DNA from: a virus
Taxonomy: Duplodnaviria > Caudoviricetes
DNA length: 64,000 nt
Strand: one strand, 5' to 3'
Virus record (IMG/VR): IMGVR_UViG_3300027891_000004
Location: 32,001 to 96,000 of that record
Under the pieces are notes generated by a model. It worked only from the letters and a program-made list of their open reading frames with translations, did not search any database and was not told the origin of the DNA. The translations under genes were made by a program, and so were the position numbers. This document shows, in pieces, positions 48,773 through 57,016 of the stretch. How positions within the stretch are numbered: position 1 is the stretch's first letter; the number at the start of each line of letters is the position of its first letter.

Positions 48773-49291
48773 TTACTTTTGTTGTGCGTAGTATTGCATC
48801 GCTTCCTCTTTGGTAGCGAATTTTGGCATTTCTTTTTTCGGTTGCGCCGTCCCGCCGGGCAATTCTACGGGTTTGAAAGCGTCGCCGCCCAACAGGTACG
48901 TATTGCCCAAAAACGACTTGGCTATCGCCGCCTGTTTTTTCATCAAGCGGTCATGCGCTTTCGGATCGTCTTTAACCTGTTCGCCTTCCTGTCGTATCTC
49001 GCGGCTAACTTCGCCGACCCCGGCTTTCATAGTATCGACCGCGTTATCGATTTCCGGGCGGATCGATTTGTATGTTTGCTGCGCCTGCCGCACTTCCTGC
49101 TCGTTTCGGGAATGCCAAATATCCTGCTGCGTTTCGTAGACTCCGCGCAAACCGCCTTTCAATATCTCATAGGCGCGGTCCATCGATTGGAGCGTCTGGT
49201 CCAATTCGGGCGAATTGAAGCATGACATAGCAGATACCCCGCCACGTGGCGGGGTATCCAATAATTCGTTAAATGAATTTACAACTCGCAT
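48773..49291 (-). CDS. type-B leader plus unknown helical cargo
   Basis: MRVVNSFNELLDTPPRGGVSAMSCFN; ATG 2 nt after the upstream stop. Confidence 0.8.
   Translation of the reverse strand: MRVVNSFNELLDTPPRGGVSAMSCFNSPELDQTLQSMDRAYEILKGGLRGVYETQQDIWHSRNEQEVRQAQQTYKSIRPEIDNAVDTMKAGVGEVSREIRQEGEQVKDDPKAHDRLMKKQAAIAKSFLGNTYLLGGDAFKPVELPGGTAQPKKEMPKFATKEEAMQYYAQQK
49233..49258. repeat. 26-bp palindrome inside leader coding sequence
   Basis: GATACCCCGCCACGTGGCGGGGTATC. Confidence 0.9.
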
Positions 49292-49293
49292 GG

Positions 49294-49641
49294 TTATCTT
49301 TGGGCTATTGCCTGTTCTATCCGATCCAAACGAGTATTTGTATCGCTTTGCAACCGGAGTAGTTTTGCATCTACGTTTGCAAAACCGTTCTTTGTGGTGA
49401 TTTCCAAATTGTCCATTCGGCTTTCTAATTTTCCAAACCGTTCGTCTATTTTTCCAAATCGCTCGTCCACCTGCTTCCTCCACTCAACCAATGGAAGATT
49501 ACTCTGTATAGGCGTAGCTGAACTTATGGGACTTATGCCACTCGGCGCATTTTGCACAGGATTAAACGCCCCCAAACCGGAAACAGGGGCACCCACGGCT
49601 CCCAACGATTCAAACATACCAATATCAGCGAGCTTTTCCAT
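49294..49641 (-). CDS. type-A leader plus coiled-coil cargo
   Basis: MEKLADIGMFESLG...LGAFNPVQN; paralog of 51261. Confidence 0.8.
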   Translation of the reverse strand: MEKLADIGMFESLGAVGAPVSGLGAFNPVQNAPSGISPISSATPIQSNLPLVEWRKQVDERFGKIDERFGKLESRMDNLEITTKNGFANVDAKLLRLQSDTNTRLDRIEQAIAQR

Positions 49642-49646
49642 GTTTA

Positions 49647-50069
49647 TCACTTTCGTAAAAGTTGTTCCCGGTACGCTTGGTAGCTTTCGGGCGTTAGGTT
49701 CAGGTAACGGAGCATTTCCTGCGAAGGCGTCTCCGTTTTTCTAATCGCATCCTGTACTTGCAACATCCCCTTTTCGCGTGAGGCTCGTTCGGCGCCCCAA
49801 TCGTCATACGGATCATCCTGCCGGTCCCCGGCGGCGTCGCCCGTAGCGAAATCGGGGTAGACCCGCTTGATCGTTTTGGCTACATCGCGTGGGTGCATCC
49901 GACCCCCGTCGTCCAAATAAGAGAGCATATCGGGCAGGGTAGTGCCCTGGAACGCGGCGTTTACGCTCACGGCGCGCAGGCTACGGTCATCAAACGTAAA
50001 CATAGCGGGTATGCCAAATGCCGCGTTCTGTTGCGTCTGTAGCTGCGAAAATAGTGGGATACTGTCCAT
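49647..50069 (-). CDS. type-C leader plus unknown cargo
   Basis: First 41 aa identical to 50525..50887 (MDSIPLFSQLQ...VNAAFQ). Confidence 0.8.
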   Translation of the reverse strand: MDSIPLFSQLQTQQNAAFGIPAMFTFDDRSLRAVSVNAAFQGTTLPDMLSYLDDGGRMHPRDVAKTIKRVYPDFATGDAAGDRQDDPYDDWGAERASREKGMLQVQDAIRKTETPSQEMLRYLNLTPESYQAYREQLLRK

Positions 50070-50107
50070 TTCAATTTATAGGCGTTGACGTTACTACAAC
50101 AGTATGA

Positions 50108-50506
50108 CTACTTACCTGTCCTTTTATTCCATGCGCTGCAGACGCGCCTTAACGCTTCTACAAAATCGTCTTCGGTATCTTCGGCATTCCACACTCTTGT
50201 TTGGATTCGGCAATCTTCAATATCTGAGGGCGGATCAGTAGCAGCATTTCGGCAACACACAACATACAACTCATGCGGGCATTCCTTCATGGGGATTTCG
50301 CCGTTTGGTTGCAGCTGAGTTGGGAACATATTACCGGGGCGGTACATGTAATGTACATGCGGACGATCATTTCCGCAATGCGCACAGGGCAGCAAGGTGG
50401 CATCAGCCTCGTTAATGAGGGTAGCTATTTCGGACTCGTTTTCAAGCTCGTACAAAAAACAACGAGTACGGCCATCACAATTGCCTGTTTTTAGTTTTGT
50501 ATTCAT
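50108..50506 (-). CDS. Lar-family Zn-finger protein
   Basis: LLPCAHCG...PH.LY..C...C...WNKR; GAGG RBS. Confidence 0.8.
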   Translation of the reverse strand: MNTKLKTGNCDGRTRCFLYELENESEIATLINEADATLLPCAHCGNDRPHVHYMYRPGNMFPTQLQPNGEIPMKECPHELYVVCCRNAATDPPSDIEDCRIQTRVWNAEDTEDDFVEALRRVCSAWNKRTGK

Positions 50507-50524
50507 TATTGCACCTCATAAAAG

Positions 50525-50887
50525 CTAAAATAAGTACCCCCACTTATCAAACTTATGCGTATTTTTGAACGCGATTGCTTCTTGAGCCGTTATATTATCC
50601 ATATCTTCGATATACGCTGTTTGTTTGCCGCCATCGGGGTCTGAAACGGCAATCCCACACCTGTCCGTTCCTTGAACAGGGTGTAGCGAAAAAACGTAAT
50701 GTCTGTCTGGACGCAATTCTGATAAAGAGATTAAGCCGCTCGGAAAGTTTTCTACGGAAACGTCTTGGAACGCGGCGTTTACGCTCACGGCGCGCAGGCT
50801 ACGGTCATCAAACGTAAACATAGCGGGTATGCCAAATGCCGCGTTCTGCTGCGTCTGCAACTGCGAAAAAAGAGGGATAGAATCCAT
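50525..50887 (-). CDS. type-C leader plus cargo X
   Basis: Leader followed by SVEN-FPSG...YVFSL...FKNTHKFDKW. Confidence 0.8.
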   Translation of the reverse strand: MDSIPLFSQLQTQQNAAFGIPAMFTFDDRSLRAVSVNAAFQDVSVENFPSGLISLSELRPDRHYVFSLHPVQGTDRCGIAVSDPDGGKQTAYIEDMDNITAQEAIAFKNTHKFDKWGYLF

Positions 50888-50898
50888 ACTGATTTCCT

Positions 50899-51258
50899 TT
50901 ACAATCGTCTCAAAATGCCCTTGCGAACTGCGTCGTTTATTTTACTCTTTACTTCACGTTCCAATTGGGCCATACTGATTTCATCGTCTGGCCGACGCGC
51001 CTTCACGCCTTCCAATTTGAACCGCATCTTTTCGCCCACCCGGTTCATCACAAGTGTGCCGATAGTGCGTCGTAGATTCTCCTGTGTCGCGAGCGGTATT
51101 TTACGATTCTGTCGTTCTCTGGGGTCTCGCCGGTCCGTAACGCCCTTCTTGCGAAGTTCGGCAAGCACTTCATTTTTTACAAACTGCTCTACTTTATTCG
51201 TTACTCGTTGTCGGACCGCCTTGTGTATAGCGGCTTCTATCGTCTTTTGTAGACTCAT
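50899..51258 (-). CDS. basic hypothetical protein (leaderless)
   Basis: Arg/Lys-rich, starts 2 nt after the upstream stop. Confidence 0.65.
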   Translation of the reverse strand: MSLQKTIEAAIHKAVRQRVTNKVEQFVKNEVLAELRKKGVTDRRDPRERQNRKIPLATQENLRRTIGTLVMNRVGEKMRFKLEGVKARRPDDEISMAQLEREVKSKINDAVRKGILRRL

Positions 51259-51260
51259 AG

Positions 51261-51605
51261 CTATCTTTGCATAAGAGCTTGTTTGATACTTGCCACATCC
51301 TGCTCCAAACGATCAAATCGCGTATTTGTGTCGTTATGCAACCGTTCTATTTTTGCGTCTACGTTTGCGAAACCGTTCTTTGTAGCAATTTCCAAATTAT
51401 CAATTCGGGCTTCAAGGCCATCGACCCGCTTGCTCAAATTCTGGCCCCATTGTGGCATAGGAAGGTTACCCTGGACGGACGCGGGGGAACCGACGGGGTT
51501 CACGCCCGGCGCGTTCTCAATCGTATTGAACGCGCCCAAATTCGACAATCCGACGTTTCCGGTTCCAAGCGATTCAAACATCCCAATATCTGCGAGTTTT
51601 TCCAT
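51261..51605 (-). CDS. type-A leader plus coiled-coil cargo
   Basis: MEKLADIGMFESLG...LGAFNTIEN; paralog of 49294. Confidence 0.8.
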   Translation of the reverse strand: MEKLADIGMFESLGTGNVGLSNLGAFNTIENAPGVNPVGSPASVQGNLPMPQWGQNLSKRVDGLEARIDNLEIATKNGFANVDAKIERLHNDTNTRFDRLEQDVASIKQALMQR

Positions 51606-51634
51606 AATTATCACTTCCGTAAAAGTTGTATTTG

Positions 51635-52027
51635 CTATTGTGGCAATTCGTCGGGCGAGCCGCTACCAAAACTAGGCGAGCCGATAAGGGCTGGCGGGCC
51701 GCCTGAGGGGACGCTCGGCGTGTCTGAGGACTGGTCATTCCCCATACCGCCTTTTTGCAGGTCGGCCACGGCGGTCCGCGTACCACGCATACCAGCATCC
51801 AATCTATTATTCAACTCGTCAAGAACCCCCTCAAGTTTCGCTTGTTCGGCCTCGGCCTCGGCGTCCGCCCGGAGCCTGCGAAGCGAATCAATTTGCGTCA
51901 TCCAACTTTCGACGCTTGTTTTAATATCCTCAACAGTCGCGTTAAACACGGACATGGGCGACATCATGCGCCGGTTCGCGCTCGATTGGAGATTCTCAAA
52001 CATTGAAATATCGGCAAGTTTTTCCAT
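51635..52027 (-). CDS. type-A leader plus helical cargo
   Basis: MEKLADISMFENLQSSANRRMMSPMSVFN. Confidence 0.8.
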   Translation of the reverse strand: MEKLADISMFENLQSSANRRMMSPMSVFNATVEDIKTSVESWMTQIDSLRRLRADAEAEAEQAKLEGVLDELNNRLDAGMRGTRTAVADLQKGGMGNDQSSDTPSVPSGGPPALIGSPSFGSGSPDELPQ

Positions 52028-52039
52028 AGTAAATCCTCA

Positions 52040-52258
52040 TTAAATATCAATGATTTCGTTGACCGCCTCCGCGGCGGTCTTCAAATTAAACTGCGCATTC
52101 GCAATATCGACGGCGGACGGCGGATGACGACGTGCTTCAAGCTGCAACAAATACAACTCATGTCGCAAATCGTCCCGCTTCTTCTCCAAACGCCACAGGG
52201 CAGCTTCAACTTCTTTGAGCCCCTGCTCCACGGCGTATATTCGATCTGAAATAGACAT
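52040..52258 (-). CDS. small coiled-coil protein (leaderless)
   Basis: ATG (MSISDR) 7 nt after the upstream stop. Confidence 0.55.
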   Translation of the reverse strand: MSISDRIYAVEQGLKEVEAALWRLEKKRDDLRHELYLLQLEARRHPPSAVDIANAQFNLKTAAEAVNEIIDI

Positions 52259-52265
52259 TATCGGT

Positions 52266-53060
52266 TCAATAGTCGCTGGCCGCCTCGAACCTGGCCTTTT
52301 CTTTTTCAAACTTAGCTTGATATTCTGCTAACTCTTGCCTCGCTTTTTCAATATATTCGGATTCAGAAACAGGGTCTTTTGAATAGGGAAACCGCCGCTC
52401 CAACTGCGCTAATTTCATCTCAGCCTGTTCAAACCGATCTTGGGCATCAAACATCCAACGTCGTAATGCTGGCGTGTTTTGGGAATCTTCCCATTTCTTT
52501 ATCTCGTCAAATTTTGGGATTGTGCGCTTTATATCGTCAAGCTGCTCTTTAATGACAGATGGGCGTTCGTCATAGTCACGTTCGTTTCCTTTTTCATCGT
52601 ATTTATCGGGGTTTCCCGTGGCAATCCTTTTCGCCCGCTCCAATTTGTCGCTTTCGCTTTCTGTTATTTGCCGCTGCGGTCGATCATCCTCTATCGGCAA
52701 CTTTTTTTGGACCGGCTGTTGGTCAATTTCGGCCAACAATTGCTGAGCTTTCGCCTGCGTGTCTTTGCCGACACGACGGCGGGTAGTTGCGACAGCATCA
52801 AAAAACTGACGAGCGACTTCTCTATCTCGTTCGTCCCAGCTACCAATTACGTCCGCCAACGTATCCGGCAACTCCAATTGGTTTTGGTCCAACGGACCAC
52901 TTTCATCTCTTAGCTCGTTTAATTTTTCTTGATAATATGCGGCACGGGCGCCGTTAAACGTATGTTTGTAGTTAAACACGCTCATCTGCGACATGCCCAT
53001 CGCGTTGTGTGCGCCGGATTGAAGGTTCTCAAACACAGAAAGGTCTGCTAGTTTTTGCAT
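52266..53060 (-). CDS. type-A leader plus charged helical cargo
   Basis: MQKLADLSVFENLQSGAHNAMGMSQMSVFN. Confidence 0.8.
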   Translation of the reverse strand: MQKLADLSVFENLQSGAHNAMGMSQMSVFNYKHTFNGARAAYYQEKLNELRDESGPLDQNQLELPDTLADVIGSWDERDREVARQFFDAVATTRRRVGKDTQAKAQQLLAEIDQQPVQKKLPIEDDRPQRQITESESDKLERAKRIATGNPDKYDEKGNERDYDERPSVIKEQLDDIKRTIPKFDEIKKWEDSQNTPALRRWMFDAQDRFEQAEMKLAQLERRFPYSKDPVSESEYIEKARQELAEYQAKFEKEKARFEAASDY

Positions 53061-53183
53061 GGAAAATTCTGCTATTAAAGTTGTGTGTTGTTTTGTTCCG
53101 CCTTATAGGACGACGAAACATGTTTCCTAACTGAAACAAAAAACAAAAGGTTCGTAATGCAAGTTTCCGGGCAAAAAACTGCG

Positions 53184-54878
53184 TTAAGCCGCCATTTTGA
53201 ATTCATCGCCATCTTCTTCCAAACGCGACGCTTCGTCGGCGACGATAAGTTTCTTCAATTCCGGCGACATGTCCAACAAAAACGGGTACCGGGACGCCAG
53301 CGAATGGAGCTGCGCAAGGTAGACACGTTTCATATCGTCCGACGATTCGCCCAGGTACATCGCCATAGCGTTCCGCGTCTCGGCGAATACCTCGTTCATC
53401 GCCTTCGTAAACGCGGTATCTACGCTTTTTCCGCTTATCGCGTCCGCCCCGTCATCGGTAGTTGACTGGGCGATCCGCGTAGCATCGGGCAACGAATCGG
53501 CTTTGGAATCCCCGTACTTTTTAATATGGGACAACACGGCGGCCTGCGCCGCCTTCAATTCCACGTCAAGGTTTTCCAACTCACGCAAGTCGGCGGGATC
53601 GAGCGGTTTCTTAGCCTTGAGCAATTTTGCGTTCTTTTCCTCCAACTCCGCGATCCGTGTCCGAATGTCTACTGCAATAGCACGCAACCGCTTGCGCTCC
53701 GCATTCTTTTTTTCAACCTCTTCACTATCGAACGAACCCTTCGGTCGCCCGGTCGAGGCCGACTCCCACAACCCGTCCTCAGTCTGCCGGAACTTAAACC
53801 CGCCACGCGCGTCGTTCAGAAGGTTCAGAATCAACGCCTCATTGAATGAGGTAACGAGTACCTGTGCCGCGTTTCTTAATTTCTTAACCGTACTTACGAA
53901 CAGGTCTTCACCCTCTTCCAAATCGTCGGAGGCCACGATTTCGGGGTTATCCTGCATCTCCTCACGAGCGGGCACCTCCTCAAGAACAATTTCGGGCGTG
54001 TCCGGCATAGCTTCGGACAAACTTGCCACTTTCGCGGGACCTGTCGGCGGCTCAATTGTGATTTTGTAACCCTCGGCTGTTGTAAACGATTGCACGCCGG
54101 GCATGACCGGGCCCGCGCCCATTGATTCCAAAGGCGGCGCGACGGCTACTTTTATTTCTGTATGCGCCGTGCCGTGCGCATTCGCGTTTTTCGCATCGGT
54201 GTGTCCCTGTTCTTCTCTAAAAAGTCGTGTAGATTCCATAACCGGCGACCCCGCAAGATAATCATTGTTGATGTACGTAGTAATGATATTCAACGTTTCT
54301 CCCGCTTTCATTTCTTTTCGTTCGTTAATGAGCAACCCGGCCCCATCCGATAGGCTACAAGCGCCCTGTTTACGGGGCAGGATAGCGAGATGGTCGGCCC
54401 GGATGTTGATGATACGCCCGATATACGGTTCGCTATTCCATACGCCCTCATCCATGATGAGTTCGGAGAACAGACCGGTCGATATTTCCATCGGGAGCCG
54501 GTGTTTGATATGCTCAAGCAGGGTAGGGCACTTCTCCTCGGCCTTGCGTCTATCGATCCACGCTTCGGCCTTGAGCTTACCGTCCACAAAATGCGTATTC
54601 ATAATCATCCCGACCGCCTGCCGCTTGTAGACTTCGAGATCGGTCGCCGTATCGCCCCGGAACGGATGTTCGATTACGACGGGCTTGAAATTCCACATTT
54701 TGGGCGTTTTTGCCAACTCTTCGGTATCGTAATAAACGGGCCCCTGCGAGCCGGTATGGACCCCTTCGAGGATCATCGTCATCGGGGCGACGACGTATTC
54801 ACGGTCGTCAAGCGTTTCGTACCGAACCGTCGGGTCGATAGTTACGTTCCAAATGGTTTCTATTTTGTTGCGTGGCAT
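53184..54878 (-). CDS. DUF2213-type prohead maturation protease with long C-terminal region
   Basis: EGVH.G..G...Y..EEL...WN.KPVVIEHP, EISTG, DHLAILP...GACS..DG.GL. Confidence 0.9.
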   Translation of the reverse strand: MPRNKIETIWNVTIDPTVRYETLDDREYVVAPMTMILEGVHTGSQGPVYYDTEELAKTPKMWNFKPVVIEHPFRGDTATDLEVYKRQAVGMIMNTHFVDGKLKAEAWIDRRKAEEKCPTLLEHIKHRLPMEISTGLFSELIMDEGVWNSEPYIGRIINIRADHLAILPRKQGACSLSDGAGLLINERKEMKAGETLNIITTYINNDYLAGSPVMESTRLFREEQGHTDAKNANAHGTAHTEIKVAVAPPLESMGAGPVMPGVQSFTTAEGYKITIEPPTGPAKVASLSEAMPDTPEIVLEEVPAREEMQDNPEIVASDDLEEGEDLFVSTVKKLRNAAQVLVTSFNEALILNLLNDARGGFKFRQTEDGLWESASTGRPKGSFDSEEVEKKNAERKRLRAIAVDIRTRIAELEEKNAKLLKAKKPLDPADLRELENLDVELKAAQAAVLSHIKKYGDSKADSLPDATRIAQSTTDDGADAISGKSVDTAFTKAMNEVFAETRNAMAMYLGESSDDMKRVYLAQLHSLASRYPFLLDMSPELKKLIVADEASRLEEDGDEFKMAA

Positions 54879-54881
54879 AGT

Positions 54882-55232
54882 CTATTCAGTTTCTTGTTCG
54901 GGCACGCCGGGCGGGTAAAGCACATTGGTTTTAGCGATAAAATACGCGCGGACAAACGGGATAGCATCCAAAGTATGTATCGCAAACGACGAGCATATAC
55001 TTACCAACCCGCCGTATAGAAACAACGAGACAAGGCAGGGCCACCCGAAAGATGCCGTCGTTAGGCAAAAGTACAAAACGCCGACCCAGAACCCGACGCA
55101 CATCGGACATTGCGCCCCGTACCGCAAACCATCGGTCGGGAGCGAATCCCGCAGCGACTGAAGTATCGCCGAACGGGTAAGTATATTAACCAAACCGACA
55201 AGCGATATAAGTTCAAGTATTGCTATGTTCAT
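54882..55232 (-). CDS. DUF1360-like membrane protein
   Basis: ILTRS.I...LR...CPMCVGFWVG with TM segments. Confidence 0.7.
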   Translation of the reverse strand: MNIAILELISLVGLVNILTRSAILQSLRDSLPTDGLRYGAQCPMCVGFWVGVLYFCLTTASFGWPCLVSLFLYGGLVSICSSFAIHTLDAIPFVRAYFIAKTNVLYPPGVPEQETE

Positions 55233-55326
55233 TTTCGTTATAAAAGAAGGGGCGACGGCAGAACCGCCGCCCCAACCACCTTTTTCCCAAACCTTCTCTT
55301 GCGCGGGCAAGAACTCCCGCACCCGT

Positions 55327-55479
55327 AGTATACCAAATTTTCAGCTACCGTGTAAAAAACGCGCACTAGAGAATTTTTTTAGCACATTTACCAAAAATAT
55401 GCCAAAATACACAAGAACAACCATCGAAGTTTACCAAAAATGCGCCGCTTTTACACGGAACGAATTTTTATGATATAAT
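55327..55479. promoter_or_regulatory. divergent sigma70-like promoter pair
   Basis: Minus: TTTACA-N18-TATACT (55356-55327); plus: TTTACA-N18-TATAAT with extended TG (55450-55479). Confidence 0.7.
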
Positions 55480-55521
55480 GCGAAGGAATCGAATTTCTAC
55501 TTCTTTCACGGAGACAATAAA

Positions 55522-56055
55522 ATGTTTGCTGATATATCCGTTTTTGAGAATTTACAGCGGGGCGCACACAGCGCTATGGGTCTGTCACATATCGCCGTTT
55601 TCAACGGGTTCGTTGACGACGAGGCGAAGCGAAGAGCCGAATGGTGCGACGCCGAAATCGGTAAAATGAAACAAGAAATAACTGAAATACGCGATGAGCT
55701 GCTAAAAGCGCACAATAGCTACAATTTTCAACAGTATTTAATGGAACGTGGCGAAAGCGATAAATCACGAAAGGAAGAGTTGACAAGAAAAATAGAATAC
55801 CTTGACGAACGAAACAAGCAACTACAGGCGACGGACACAGATGGAAAATTTGTTACCGTATGTGCAGGAATTGAATCGTGCCTTGAGGACTTTCAAACAC
55901 AAATTAGCAGGGCAATAGACAACCCGGCGCGACCAATACCACCAAAAAGACCACCAGGACAATTACCAAAACGCCCTCCTCAAGGATTTCATAATTCTAC
56001 GCATGGCACGCCACTCTGTTTAGGGCTCTCCGTGTTTAATAAACCTTCCGAATAG
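55522..56055 (+). CDS. type-A leader plus helical cargo (inverted orientation)
   Basis: MFADISVFENLQRGAHSAMGLSHIAVFN; GGAG RBS; own promoter. Confidence 0.8.
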   Translation: MFADISVFENLQRGAHSAMGLSHIAVFNGFVDDEAKRRAEWCDAEIGKMKQEITEIRDELLKAHNSYNFQQYLMERGESDKSRKEELTRKIEYLDERNKQLQATDTDGKFVTVCAGIESCLEDFQTQISRAIDNPARPIPPKRPPGQLPKRPPQGFHNSTHGTPLCLGLSVFNKPSE

Positions 56056-56333
56056 GCTATACGGTGCATGGAAAAAAATACGCGGCACATACTATCCGAG
56101 TAGCAATTTAATAACTGCTCAGGGGAGAACCACGGATAAAATTCTGAAGCCTCGGCTCTAAAAATATAATTGATAAGCATATCTACCCTATACCCGTTAT
56201 GTATGTCAAGACGCACATTTTCACAATCCAAATCTTCCTGTAGCGCCTTTTTCCATTTGTACCGTTGCTCGGCCCTAGAACGTGGGCCAACCTTTGGAAT
56301 CTCAGCCAATACCTTATCCAGTTGTGAACCCAT
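55989..56333 (-). CDS. hypothetical protein, weakly DUF2442-like
   Basis: YPWFSPEQLLN...SEGLL; promoter motif at 56372-56400. Confidence 0.5.
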   Translation of the reverse strand: MGSQLDKVLAEIPKVGPRSRAEQRYKWKKALQEDLDCENVRLDIHNGYRVDMLINYIFRAEASEFYPWFSPEQLLNCYSDSMCRVFFSMHRIAYSEGLLNTESPKQSGVPCVEL

Positions 56334-56426
56334 GATACTGCCACGCCTTTCCTGCTTTGAACAATAGCCACAATATGCCAAAAACAAACGAAAAGATCAA
56401 GACGTTCTGAAAACGAAACAGCCGCG

Positions 56427-56446
56427 ATCCCGCCACGTGGCGGGAT
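56427..56446. repeat. palindrome ATCCCGCCACGTGGCGGGAT after the ibrB-like gene
   Basis: 20-bp perfect palindrome 15 nt downstream of the stop. Confidence 0.85.
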
Positions 56447-56461
56447 TCTCAACGGGAAGCA

Positions 56462-57016
56462 TCATTTATCTGCGACCGCCTGCGAGTAATCGCGGTCCGC
56501 GAACAGTTCGGCAAGACCCGAAATCTGCGACAACCGCAGTACCTCGTCCGGCTCCATGCCCAACTCACGGCCGATCTTTTTATCCGACCAGTTCCGACGC
56601 TTCAACTCAACCACAATATCGCTCATAGAAGACACCAGATGAACGCCGCGTGCGCGGTTATGCCGTATGGTCGCCGCGATACGATCACAGCGATCCGTGC
56701 GCGATTCGTTGATAACAACAACCGGTAGATGCGATAGTTTCAATTTGTCTTTGCCGATAATATGACGATGGAAACCGTCCACTACCTCAAACAAATCGCC
56801 ATTAAAAAACGTTACGATAGGCTGCGTGAAACCGTCCGCCCTGATCGATAGTTCAAGAAGTTTCAATTCGGGCGTAGCGACCTTATTGGGGTTGTAGTCG
56901 TTCGCAACGACCAACTCGGAGGGCACCCAATAGACCTTTGAAACGGGGTGCTCGCCTGCCCACGCGGGCGCGTGTTCATACGCCGAAAAATCGCGTGTAT
57001 CACCTACAGCCCCCAT
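56462..57016 (-). CDS. ibrB: IbrB/YbdM-like ParB N-terminal domain protein
   Basis: ANDYNPNKVA.PE..LL..SI..DGFTQPIV, VVDGFHR, ATIRHNRARG. Confidence 0.92.
   Translation of the reverse strand: MGAVGDTRDFSAYEHAPAWAGEHPVSKVYWVPSELVVANDYNPNKVATPELKLLELSIRADGFTQPIVTFFNGDLFEVVDGFHRHIIGKDKLKLSHLPVVVINESRTDRCDRIAATIRHNRARGVHLVSSMSDIVVELKRRNWSDKKIGRELGMEPDEVLRLSQISGLAELFADRDYSQAVADK

Noticed and set aside
46120-53060. Leaders as Sec/Tat signals or RiPP leader peptides
   Set aside because: No hydrophobic core or twin-Arg motif; cargos are folded domains; no modifying enzymes or peptide exporters in the window.
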